Notes under the pieces: generated by a model
Databases searched by the model: none
The model's input: only the letters and a program-made list of their open reading frames with translations
Told to the model about the DNA's origin: nothing
Shown here: positions 51,632-60,436 of the stretch, one piece after another
Position numbering within the stretch: the first letter of the stretch is position 1
Layout of the letters: each line of letters begins with the position of its first letter
Made by a program: the position numbers and the translations under genes
Assembly: GCA_963803975.1 (NCBI GenBank)
Contig: CAWDOY010000001.1
Coordinates: forward strand, 1 to 64,000
Direction: 5' to 3'
Length of the DNA stretch: 64,000 nt
Source: an uncultured delta proteobacterium
GTDB taxonomy: Bacteria > Desulfobacterota > WTBG01 > CAIYCZ01

Positions 51632-52963
51632 TTACTTATCCTTTTTTTCTATTTTTTCACCACCGTCAGCCATGGTAAAACCCAACTGGGGTTCAAATAT
51701 GACGCCGGCGGGAACAGTGGCAGGCTTGGATGCTTTCATGGAGAAGGTCAGCCCGGCTCCCACAATGAGCATAATCGCAGCTATCAGAAAGGATGAGCTG
51801 AAACTTCCGGTGTTTGTTTGCAGCATCTGGGATACCCTGCTCATGACAAACCCGCCAATCCCCCAGGCCGTGAACATGATTCCATAGTTAATGCCGAACG
51901 ACTTGAGCCCCCACAGATCCTTGGTGAGAGACGGAAACAGGGACAGGTTTGATCCATAGTTAAAGCCGATAAACGTTGCCAGCAACAGCATCAGGACTGC
52001 ACTCGGGTGCTCTGCGCCGACCAGCGGGATGGCGGCAAGCATAAGCACTGCCTGGAACAGAAGCATCATCAGCATCGTATAATTTCTGCCGATTTTGTCG
52101 GATAATATGCCGGCTATAATGCGGCCGCCGGCATTGCCCACCGCCATGATGGCCACTGCCAGGAATGCTGCATTGGGCATGCTCTTCTTTGCCATGCCGG
52201 CGATGCTGCTGATAACCATCAGTCCCACGCCAGCACCGATGAAATAGATAAACCAGAGCACATAAAAGTTGGCTGACTTCATCATTTGTGCGGGAGTGGC
52301 ATCAACGCTCAACGCGGATTTTTTAACGGCTCCCTTTTTGTTCTGTGTCGCAGCTTCAGGCACATAGCCCTGCGGAGGATTAACCAGCAGCAGGGAAAGC
52401 CCGCACACCACGACAAGAAAAGCAACGCCAAACAGCATCATTGAATTATTGATGCCCATGGTTTTTAAGAGATACTCGGACAGGGGCGCGATATAAACTG
52501 ATGCGAGCCCGAAACCAGCCACCACCAGCCCTGCAATCAAGCCGGTTTTTGCCGGAGGGAACCATTTCAGGGCCGGCGGCGTTGCCGCGGAATAGCCGAA
52601 ACCGATCCCCGCTCCGGCCAGCACGCCGAACCCCAGAAGCCATGCTGCGTAACTATTGGACTGAGAACACAGCAGCAACCCGATCGCCACGAGAATGCCG
52701 CCGATAAAAGCAGTTATGCGCGGCCCAACCTTATCCTGACACTTGCCGGCAATGATCATTGAGAATGCAAAACAGAGACAGCAAACAGAGTACGGGTCAT
52801 TCATCTGCGCTGCACTCCAGCTGAAGATGCCGTCTTTTGCCTCAATTGATTTTGCTATGGAGCCCTTGAAAATACTCCAGGTATACAGAATGCCAAGGGC
52901 AAGGTTAATGCCGGTTCCTGCGAATGTTACCATCCATCCTTTGTTTTTTACTGCCTGTGTCAT
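51632..52963 (-). CDS. OFA-family MFS transporter (oxalate/formate antiporter-like)
   Basis: LGILYTWS.F, QDKVGPR, G.G.G.GY, KWFP..TGL..G, N..GR...G.LSDKIGR, NYG..FTAWG; about 12 TMs. Confidence 0.9.
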   Translation of the reverse strand: MTQAVKNKGWMVTFAGTGINLALGILYTWSIFKGSIAKSIEAKDGIFSWSAAQMNDPYSVCCLCFAFSMIIAGKCQDKVGPRITAFIGGILVAIGLLLCSQSNSYAAWLLGFGVLAGAGIGFGYSAATPPALKWFPPAKTGLIAGLVVAGFGLASVYIAPLSEYLLKTMGINNSMMLFGVAFLVVVCGLSLLLVNPPQGYVPEAATQNKKGAVKKSALSVDATPAQMMKSANFYVLWFIYFIGAGVGLMVISSIAGMAKKSMPNAAFLAVAIMAVGNAGGRIIAGILSDKIGRNYTMLMMLLFQAVLMLAAIPLVGAEHPSAVLMLLLATFIGFNYGSNLSLFPSLTKDLWGLKSFGINYGIMFTAWGIGGFVMSRVSQMLQTNTGSFSSSFLIAAIMLIVGAGLTFSMKASKPATVPAGVIFEPQLGFTMADGGEKIEKKDK

Positions 52964-53052
52964 ACTTCCTCCTTTTGTTTATGAACTTCTGCTGCCGTCA
53001 ATAGGGTCTATAAATAAATACACGAACCCTTATATTTTTCAGACTTTCTTTT

Positions 53053-53068
53053 ATCAATATCCATGCCA
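53053..53068 (-). promoter_or_regulatory. Candidate sigma-54 (-24/-12) promoter of the OFA transporter
   Basis: Minus strand TGGCATGGATATTGAT versus consensus TGGCACG-N4-TTGC(A/T); correct spacing, -12 GA variant. Confidence 0.55.
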
Positions 53069-53323
53069 TAGGCAAGGGAATGCCGCTCATGAGAAAATAA
53101 CTAAAAATACAAAATAAAATCAAATAGTTGGAATGATTATGGATAGGCAACAAAATAAACAGATAAAGATAAATTACAGCCCTAATGTTCAATAATTAAA
53201 CATAAAAAAACTGCTTCCGCGATTAAAATTAATTCTAAAGCTAATTCAAATGATTAGACGGAGCTTGCGTGTTCACATATTAAACACCATGATGTTAAAT
53301 TTATGAACTTTTGTATTTTGGCC

Positions 53324-53352
53324 TTGACATTGATGGAATATTTGAATATAAA
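53324..53352 (+). promoter_or_regulatory. Sigma-70 promoter for DUF485-actP
   Basis: TTGACA-N17-TATAAA. Confidence 0.55.
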
Positions 53353-53423
53353 ATCCCATTAATTTAAAGCAAGTAAAGATTTATTAAGCAAAGTAAGCAC
53401 TATAGATAAATAAGGAGGAGACT

Positions 53424-53692
53424 ATGGCACACGGACCAACGACACAATGGGGAGAGGACAAAGCGTCAGAGTACAAGTCAAAGCTCGGGGTGTATCTGTT
53501 TATTTTTTATACTTTAGTGTATGCCGGCTTTATAATCATAAACGTAGTGAGTCCCAAACTGATGGGAGTAAAAGTGATTTAGGCCTTAATCTGGCAGGCG
53601 TGTACGGGTTCGGTCTGATTCTACTGGCTATCGTTATGGGACTTATTTACAACTACCTCTGTTCACAAAAGGAATATGCAGTTAATAAATAG
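53424..53692 (+). CDS. DUF485 (YjcH-like) small membrane protein; frameshift near 53580
   Basis: AGGAGG RBS; MAHGP..KSKLGVYLFIFY..YAGFI..PKLM then LGLNLA..GFGLI..GLIYN; precedes actP-like gene. Confidence 0.75.
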
Positions 53693-53707
53693 CAAGGAGA
53701 CTGAGCA

Positions 53708-55609
53708 ATGATTTATGCAGCTTCGCCGTTCGCAATCGGCTTGTTTATCGCGTTTGTGTTATCTGTTCTCGGGATTTCGTCGTATTTTGCCAAGAAGACG
53801 CAGTCATCAAAAGGGTATTATGCGGCCGGTGGAACCATTCACTGGGGTGTCAACGGCATAGCGTTTGCCGGTGATTATCTTTCTGCCGCCTCATTTCTGG
53901 GAATCTGCGGGATGATCGCATTTGACGGTTATGACGGATTTCTGTATTCCATAGGGTATCTTGCTGGCTGGGTTGTGGCCTTGTTTGTGGTGGCAGAACC
54001 CCTGAAGCGTTTCGGTAAATATACGTTTACCGACGCGCTTGATTATAAATTCGGTTCCAAGGGAATACAGCTCACCGCAGCCATCAGCACCCTTGTTGTT
54101 TCCCTGTGCTATCTGGTGCCGCAGATGGTCGGCGCCGGCGACCTGGTTACTCCGCTGCTGGGATTTCCCCATTATGTCGGGGTTATCATGGTTGGCGCTA
54201 TTGTTATATTCATCGTGGCGACAGCCGGCATGACCTCAACAACGTATGTTCAATTTATAAAAGGCGGCCTCCTGATCGTTTTTTCCACAATTCTTACCAT
54301 CTGCGTTTTCAATAACGGTATTTCAAAGAAACCTTCAGAAAATTACCACGAGTTTAAAGCACTGAAAGCTGTTGCCGCAGGAGGAGCTATTACTGCAGTT
54401 GAGGACACGTCCTATAAAATCGCCGGTGAATTTAAAGATAAAAAGGGACAGTTTGTAAAGCTTGAAAAAGACGGCATTAATTCATGGTGGAAGGCCGGTG
54501 AAAAAAATGGGGCGCCGGTGCTTGAAGAAGCACTCTCGCTCACGACTCGCGCGGACGGCACCAAGCTCTACAATGGCGAGCCCAAAGAAGCGCGGAAGTT
54601 TTTCCAGGTCGGCAGCGCAAGCAAGATTATTGTGGATGGCCAGGAAGTTGACAAGACCGGCGGCCTGGGTCCGTTTCAGTTCCTTGAGACTTTGGAATCA
54701 AGCGAGATTGTCCGTTTCGGCAAGGCAGCTATCAGCGACGGCAAAGACAAGGTTTCAGTCTTTTATCAGAACCCGACTTCCGGAAAAGATATCATGCGCC
54801 CCGGGCTGAAATTTAAAGTGGATAAGGGCTCTGATTTCATGTCAAAACTTAATTTCGTGTCCCTTATGATCGCCCTGTTTTTCGGCACCTCCGCACTTCC
54901 GCACATCCTCATCCGCTATTACACGGTCCCCAGCCCGAAAGACGCGCGCAAATCAACCATTGTTGCCATCGGCTCCATCGGTTTTTTCTACATCCTCACC
55001 CTGTTCATGGGCCTGGGGGCAATGGTCTCCGGCGTCATTGACCTTGAGAGCAGCAACATGTCGGCGCCGCTGCTCGCAAAATATTTCGGCACCGCCCTTT
55101 TTGCCATAATATCCGCAATCGCTTTCGCGACGGTTCTTGGTACGGTGAGCGGCCTGATTGTCGCCGCCTCAGGAGCAGTGGCACATGACCTGATGTCAAA
55201 TTTTTTAGGCATTGAAATGACCGATCAGGGCCAGGTTAAGGCAGGGAAAATTTCGGCAGTTGTTGTCGGCTGTATCGCAATACTGCTGGGCATACTCTGC
55301 AAGGGAATGAACGTATCGTTTCTCGTAGGCCTTGCGTTTGCCGTGGCCGCATCCGCCAATCTGCCGGCAATCATCATGCTGCTGTTCTGGAAAAAAACGA
55401 CCTCTAAAGGGATTGCCGCTTCCATTGTAGTAGGCATGGTATCAGCGCTGGGGATGATTCTGCTCTCTCCCAGCACCTATGCGGACATTTATGGCCTGCC
55501 TGCTACACAGGCCCCCATTCCCCTTGATAACCCCGGCATCATATCGATACCGCTCAGTTTTATAACGCTGGTGGTGATTTCACTGGTGACACAGAAGCAG
55601 GCGAAATAA
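53708..55609 (+). CDS. actP: Cation/acetate symporter ActP-like (SSS family) with large hydrophilic insertion
   Basis: NGIAFAGDYLSAASFLG, AEPL..GKYT..D, QMVGAG, GT.ALPHIL.RYYTVP..ARKS, AFATVL.TV.GL, AASANLP. Confidence 0.88.
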   Translation: MIYAASPFAIGLFIAFVLSVLGISSYFAKKTQSSKGYYAAGGTIHWGVNGIAFAGDYLSAASFLGICGMIAFDGYDGFLYSIGYLAGWVVALFVVAEPLKRFGKYTFTDALDYKFGSKGIQLTAAISTLVVSLCYLVPQMVGAGDLVTPLLGFPHYVGVIMVGAIVIFIVATAGMTSTTYVQFIKGGLLIVFSTILTICVFNNGISKKPSENYHEFKALKAVAAGGAITAVEDTSYKIAGEFKDKKGQFVKLEKDGINSWWKAGEKNGAPVLEEALSLTTRADGTKLYNGEPKEARKFFQVGSASKIIVDGQEVDKTGGLGPFQFLETLESSEIVRFGKAAISDGKDKVSVFYQNPTSGKDIMRPGLKFKVDKGSDFMSKLNFVSLMIALFFGTSALPHILIRYYTVPSPKDARKSTIVAIGSIGFFYILTLFMGLGAMVSGVIDLESSNMSAPLLAKYFGTALFAIISAIAFATVLGTVSGLIVAASGAVAHDLMSNFLGIEMTDQGQVKAGKISAVVVGCIAILLGILCKGMNVSFLVGLAFAVAASANLPAIIMLLFWKKTTSKGIAASIVVGMVSALGMILLSPSTYADIYGLPATQAPIPLDNPGIISIPLSFITLVVISLVTQKQAK

Positions 55610-55641
55610 AGAAAAGAGATTGTCTAAAGCAACTTTGGGGT

Positions 55642-55680
55642 AGAAAGGCAGGGCCTGATCCGGGCGCTGCCTTTCTTTTT
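55642..55680 (+). terminator. Intrinsic terminator after actP
   Basis: AGAAAGGCAG...CTGCCTTTCT stem followed by T-tract. Confidence 0.75.
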
Positions 55681-55745
55681 ATAGGGAAGATTTAAATTGC
55701 TAAAACCCTTGACACTGTAAGCCCGAGCATATAGGGTTTATACCC

Positions 55746-56324
55746 ATGGACCATACCTGCAAAGCTCGTCTCAAAGAACTCCTGATCGAAAAGTCCGTAA
55801 AATACAGCGACACTCCGGTGTTCAAGCTTGCATCGGGGAGGATGAGCGATTTTTATGTCGATTGCCGGAAGGTTACCCACAACGCTGAAGGAAAGTATCT
55901 GATCGGGAATATGATTTTTGATCTGATACAGGCGCTTCCCGTAGATGCCATCGGCGGGCTGACCATGGGAGCTGACCCCATTGCCTCTGCGGTTGCCTAT
56001 ACCGCGTTTCTCAATAAAAAGAAGATCAACTCTTTTGTCATCAGAAAAGAGCGCAAGGAGCACGGTCTGAAAAAACTTGTTGAAGGCGATGTGCAGCCAG
56101 GCGACCGGGTGGTAATCGTAGACGATGTTATAACGACCGGCGGGTCCACCATCAGGGCCATTGAGGCCGCCCGCGAAGAAGGGCTTGAGGTGGTAAAAGC
56201 AGTCGTGCTGGTTGACCGCGAGGAAGGCGGCAGAGAAGAGATCGTAAAGTATATTTCTTCAGTCGAGGCACTTTTTACCAAAACTGAATTGATGGAAGCA
56301 TATAGAAAAGCCCGCGGCGTTTAG
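55746..56324 (+). CDS. pyrE: Orotate phosphoribosyltransferase
   Basis: FKLASG..S.FYVD, GGLTMGADP, RKERKEHG, VVIVDDVITTGGS, VDREEG. Confidence 0.95.
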   Translation: MDHTCKARLKELLIEKSVKYSDTPVFKLASGRMSDFYVDCRKVTHNAEGKYLIGNMIFDLIQALPVDAIGGLTMGADPIASAVAYTAFLNKKKINSFVIRKERKEHGLKKLVEGDVQPGDRVVIVDDVITTGGSTIRAIEAAREEGLEVVKAVVLVDREEGGREEIVKYISSVEALFTKTELMEAYRKARGV

Positions 56325-56478
56325 CAGGCTGTTGAAAAACACCCATCTGCTGCGTTGCGCTTATCCTTCGTCATTGCGACGTACTGAAAAGTACGCCTCA
56401 TTCCTCTTGATTTCGCGCGCCTTGCATCTGGATATTTTTGACCAGCCTGTAAAAGACTACTTTTTCAAAAACCTGCTG
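56322..56478 (+). mobile_element. MITE-like non-autonomous repeat with terminal inverted repeats
   Basis: Left AGCAGGCTGTTGAAAAA versus right-end reverse complement AGCAGGTTTTTGAAAAA (15/17); internal second IR TTTTTGACCAGCCTG; partial copies at 32665 and 63107. Confidence 0.75.
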
Positions 56479-56501
56479 GACGCGGGGGGAGGGCAGGCGC
56501 G

Positions 56502-57167
56502 TCAGGATTTTTCCCCGGTCTGCAGCCACTGATAAAAAAGATCCGCTGCCAGCCATTCCCAGCGGCACAGCGGGTTATCAGGCAGCCACAGGCTCTGCAC
56601 CACCGGAGGTTCCCCTTCTTTCTCCATAATCCACGTGTAATAGGGGAAACGACTGCACACCAGGCGGGTTGACCGGGGCGGCACTACTTCTTCCCGTTCC
56701 ATGAAAAACCAGGTCAGCACCCAGAGCACTTCTCCCACCGGGCTGAACCTCCAGGTCACTTCCTCCTGAACGGTTTCTCTGTTCATCCCCTGCAGCTGTT
56801 CCAGTAAAAGAGGAATGATATGGTGCCAGGCTTCCGCACCGGTCTCGTGGCGCACGGCCTGCTCTATAATTTTCCTTTTCCCTTCGAGCGGGATAAGATT
56901 TAAATCACTGATAATAAACTTATGAATGTCCTGCAGCGCGAGATTGAGGTCCGGCTGCTGAGAGAGCTTTATGGCGGGCAGGTCATCGAGTGCCCGGGCG
57001 ACAATTCCCTCTGCCTGGTAGTGGTTAAACAATTCGCGCACCCAGGCATTCAAACAATAGCCTTTTTCAGGCGGCAGCAGTTCCTGCGGAAGGCTGTATT
57101 CCCCCCGTGCCTTGAAATCCTCGTACATTTTTTGAATCAGTGAAGATGCCATTGTTTCTCCTGTCAT
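56502..57167 (-). CDS. Hypothetical protein
   Basis: 221-aa ORF downstream of the radical SAM trio on the same strand; no family recognised. Confidence 0.55.
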   Translation of the reverse strand: MTGETMASSLIQKMYEDFKARGEYSLPQELLPPEKGYCLNAWVRELFNHYQAEGIVARALDDLPAIKLSQQPDLNLALQDIHKFIISDLNLIPLEGKRKIIEQAVRHETGAEAWHHIIPLLLEQLQGMNRETVQEEVTWRFSPVGEVLWVLTWFFMEREEVVPPRSTRLVCSRFPYYTWIMEKEGEPPVVQSLWLPDNPLCRWEWLAADLFYQWLQTGEKS

Positions 57168-57236
57168 TAGTTATGCATGCTGTTACTGCACGGGGTAAAT
57201 AGGGATGGCACGTGTTCTTGACATGATGACCGTTTT

Positions 57237-58742
57237 TCAGGAGGAGCCGAACCCAAAGCTCATGAGACGCTCGCGTATTTTAGTTTTAAATGTTGGAAGA
57301 GCAATTTTAATCGTGAGCAGCAGGTTGTAATTAAAAGCTTTCAGCATAAGGTAGAAATAAGATACGGGTTCAATAAAAATCACGATGAAAAAATATAAAA
57401 TAGCAAGCACTGATTTTGCAATCAGTTTTTCTCTGTTCCGTACAAAATAGTCTATCATGGGTGATGTAATCAGCGGAGAAATCCTCACCAGTTTATTCAA
57501 ATACGTGGGCTGGTAGTTAAAATAATTTCTGATCCCCAGATCAAGGGAACCCATTTTTTCGTGAAGCAGGTCAAAAATCTCCGTACCTTTATAGAAGGTG
57601 AGGGTAAAGAGCTGAAGCTGAAAAGGCTTGCGCACGTTCTGCAGGACGCGCACGGTGTTCAACGCATCCTCCTCTGTTTCAAACGGATTATCGAGGATGA
57701 CATCGTAGTATCCGCTAATGCCGTATTTCCGCACGATGTCGGTTGCCTCTAAAAATTTTTCATTGGATACATGACGGTGATATACTTCCCGGTTGATCCG
57801 TTCACTTCCTGACTGCAGCCCCATCGTTACCCAGGCAAGACCTGCCGGCTTCAGGGTCTTTACCTTCTCTTCGGTCAGGTGGAGCGGTGTTGAGCGCACA
57901 ATGAACGGCCGGGCTATCCACTTTTTATAATCGCCGACGAATTCCTCATGCCACTCTCTGCTGTGGGCCAGGAAACAGTCATCATGAATATTCACCAGGA
58001 TAATGCCAGGGAACTGTTTTATGACCGAGCGCAGCTCTTCAATCACATTGCCCGGGGATCTCTTTCTGATTTTTTTTGTGCCGTAAAGCCGGGATAAAAA
58101 TGAATTGCAGCAGTATGCGCAGGAAAACGGGCACCCCCGGGAGGTTATCATATTATATGCCTTGCCGTCATAGCGGGTATACTGCCTGAAAAGCTTCATG
58201 TCCATGGCGAGGATTTTGCCTCCATGGTAGACATAGGAATGAGCCGGCAAGTGTTCAGGGAACGGGATCCGGTCCAGATCATCTATAAGCGGGCGGAGCG
58301 GATTTTTTGTTATCCCTGAGTCATCTTTAAAAGCTATGTTGTTGATGTGTGCGATGCCGGCATTTTTTTCCAGTGCGCGCGCTATCTCCAGGACGGTCTC
58401 TTCCCCTTCACCAATACAGACCATATCAGCATACTCAAGACACTCTTCAGGGCTTATGGTGGGATGTATGCCGCCAACCAGAAACGGTATATCAGGATAC
58501 CGCGCTTTGACGCTTTTGCCGATATAGGCGGCAAACGGGGCTTCATAACTCATAAACCCGCAGCCAATTAACTGCGGCTGATACGATGCAATAAAATCGA
58601 GCAGGGGGTCTTGAACATTTTGGGTATGCGAGGGAATGAAAAGAATGGCTGACTGATGGCCCTCCTGCAGCAGGCTGGCATGCAGGTATTTAACCCCGAA
58701 ATTTTCAGTCGTTGGCAACAGGGATAGGAGAAGAATTTTCAT
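57237..58742 (-). CDS. B12-binding radical SAM protein
   Basis: GGIHPT, IGEGE, SRGCPFSCAYC, HDD.F, GLQSGS. Confidence 0.9.
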   Translation of the reverse strand: MKILLLSLLPTTENFGVKYLHASLLQEGHQSAILFIPSHTQNVQDPLLDFIASYQPQLIGCGFMSYEAPFAAYIGKSVKARYPDIPFLVGGIHPTISPEECLEYADMVCIGEGEETVLEIARALEKNAGIAHINNIAFKDDSGITKNPLRPLIDDLDRIPFPEHLPAHSYVYHGGKILAMDMKLFRQYTRYDGKAYNMITSRGCPFSCAYCCNSFLSRLYGTKKIRKRSPGNVIEELRSVIKQFPGIILVNIHDDCFLAHSREWHEEFVGDYKKWIARPFIVRSTPLHLTEEKVKTLKPAGLAWVTMGLQSGSERINREVYHRHVSNEKFLEATDIVRKYGISGYYDVILDNPFETEEDALNTVRVLQNVRKPFQLQLFTLTFYKGTEIFDLLHEKMGSLDLGIRNYFNYQPTYLNKLVRISPLITSPMIDYFVRNREKLIAKSVLAILYFFIVIFIEPVSYFYLMLKAFNYNLLLTIKIALPTFKTKIRERLMSFGFGSS

Positions 58743-58785
58743 GTATCGGCTTTATGTAGTAGAACGGATTGCAAGGGAAAAAGCG

Positions 58786-60327
58786 TCAAACGGTTTTGAC
58801 GTGCCCGGTTTTTTTATTTAATCCAGGCCGCGGAAAAAGCGTCCGTATCCTGTCTGCCAGTTTTTTTCGTGCAAACAGCCGGTACCGGGCCATAAAGTTA
58901 GCCGCATCAACATCATATTCCTTGTGCCGGTCAAGCAGACGCGAAATGCTGTGGGCAAGCATGCCCAGGTCCGGAAAAACCTTGTAGATCCTGGCCCGGA
59001 TGAGAGCTCTGTTCAGCCATTTGGGAAGAGCAAGGAGCACCACCAGATAGGTTTGAATCCGGGCGAAGTTTTTTATCGTAATGGTGCCGCCCTGGATAAA
59101 GGAGCGGGCGGTGAGGCCCTCATTTATCTCTTCCACGTCCCGGGGCGTGAGCATCTTATGCTCCATGGCTATATCTATAATCTTGGTGCGCGGGAAATAG
59201 CGCAGGAAATAGAGGCTGAGACGGTTGGGCCGGGTCTCATTATAAAACGAGAGCATGTTGACCAGGTCATCCTCAGTCTGCGTGGGAAGGCCCAGCATAT
59301 TTTCACAGATTGCATGAATGCCGGCACTGCGCAGCAGCAGGATCGCGCTTCTCACCTTCTCGTTGCTTTCCCTGCGGTTGAGGATGTTTTTTTTCAGCTC
59401 TTCGTTGAGGGACTGAACACCCATAATCGCCTGCCAGCAGTTTGCCTCCTTGAGCCGTGCCACAGACTCTTCATCGATGAAATTAACATGAATGCAGGCG
59501 GTGAATGGCAGATTTATATCTTTCTTATAGCCATCCAGAAATTCAAAAAGCCATTTCTTGTCGCTGATTAATATTTCATCCCAGAAATGCACCGCGGAAA
59601 AATTATAGGTTGCTTTTGCCCAGCGCAGTTCTGCAAGGACATTTTCCGGACTTCTCCGGCGCATGAATCTGCCCTTGCCGGGATAGATTATATCCTTGTA
59701 GAGAGAGTTGTTGCAGAACGTGCATTTATTTACGCATCCCCGGCTGGTAATAGTTATGTAGCCCTCTGCAAAGAAGGGCAGCTTGTCATAAAAGATGCCT
59801 TTATCCGGGAACGGCAGCGCGTCAAGGTCTTCGATGAGCGGCCGCACCTCATTCTTGAACACCTCTGTTCCGTTTTTCGCCCAGATGTTGGGAATGGTGC
59901 GGCAGATGGCTGGATTTCCCAGGTTGTCTGCAAGGTCAACCAGCGCCCCCTCACCTTCTCCCACTACTATATAATCTACTGACGGCTGCCTGATAACATA
60001 GTCCGGCACCGAGGACGGGTGCACACCGCCAAACACAATGGGAACCTGCAGGGCCTTTTTTATCCGGTCAGCAAGGCGTACTGCCCAGGGATAATTATCA
60101 GACACCACTGAAAAGGCAACCAGGTCAGGCTTACAGGATTTCAATTCGGTAATGATATCTTCAGTGTAGTCAAAAAATTTATGCAGTCGTTTATAATAGA
60201 GAAAGGTATCGTTGAAGAGCTGCGGGTCAAAGCACAGCGAGCACTTGTGCCCGGCCTGTTTGAGGGCAGTAGCAAGGTACTCTATGGCAAGTGTTTCACA
60301 TGCAGATGATACAAAGACAATATGCAT
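58786..60327 (-). CDS. B12-binding radical SAM protein
   Basis: GGVHPS, VGEGE, SRGCVNKCTFC, WDE, GVQS. Confidence 0.9.
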   Translation of the reverse strand: MHIVFVSSACETLAIEYLATALKQAGHKCSLCFDPQLFNDTFLYYKRLHKFFDYTEDIITELKSCKPDLVAFSVVSDNYPWAVRLADRIKKALQVPIVFGGVHPSSVPDYVIRQPSVDYIVVGEGEGALVDLADNLGNPAICRTIPNIWAKNGTEVFKNEVRPLIEDLDALPFPDKGIFYDKLPFFAEGYITITSRGCVNKCTFCNNSLYKDIIYPGKGRFMRRRSPENVLAELRWAKATYNFSAVHFWDEILISDKKWLFEFLDGYKKDINLPFTACIHVNFIDEESVARLKEANCWQAIMGVQSLNEELKKNILNRRESNEKVRSAILLLRSAGIHAICENMLGLPTQTEDDLVNMLSFYNETRPNRLSLYFLRYFPRTKIIDIAMEHKMLTPRDVEEINEGLTARSFIQGGTITIKNFARIQTYLVVLLALPKWLNRALIRARIYKVFPDLGMLAHSISRLLDRHKEYDVDAANFMARYRLFARKKLADRIRTLFPRPGLNKKTGHVKTV

Positions 60328-60436
60328 TACTATTAATAACCTTTTTCGGATTGAAACGGCGGCTGGTAATGCGCGGGTTTCGATAACCGTAAAATGTTCA
60401 GGGCTAATCTACCCCGGTTCAGCATTCTGTAAGGGC

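Noticed and set aside
53071..53086. Second sigma-54-like motif CGGCATTCCCTTGC on the minus strand
   Set aside because: GG-to-GC spacing is one base short of the strict -24/-12 requirement
56332..56532. 66-aa ORF after pyrE
   Set aside because: It is a translation of the MITE-like repeat
58924..59982. 215-aa and 131-aa plus-strand ORFs
   Set aside because: Antisense shadows of a radical SAM gene
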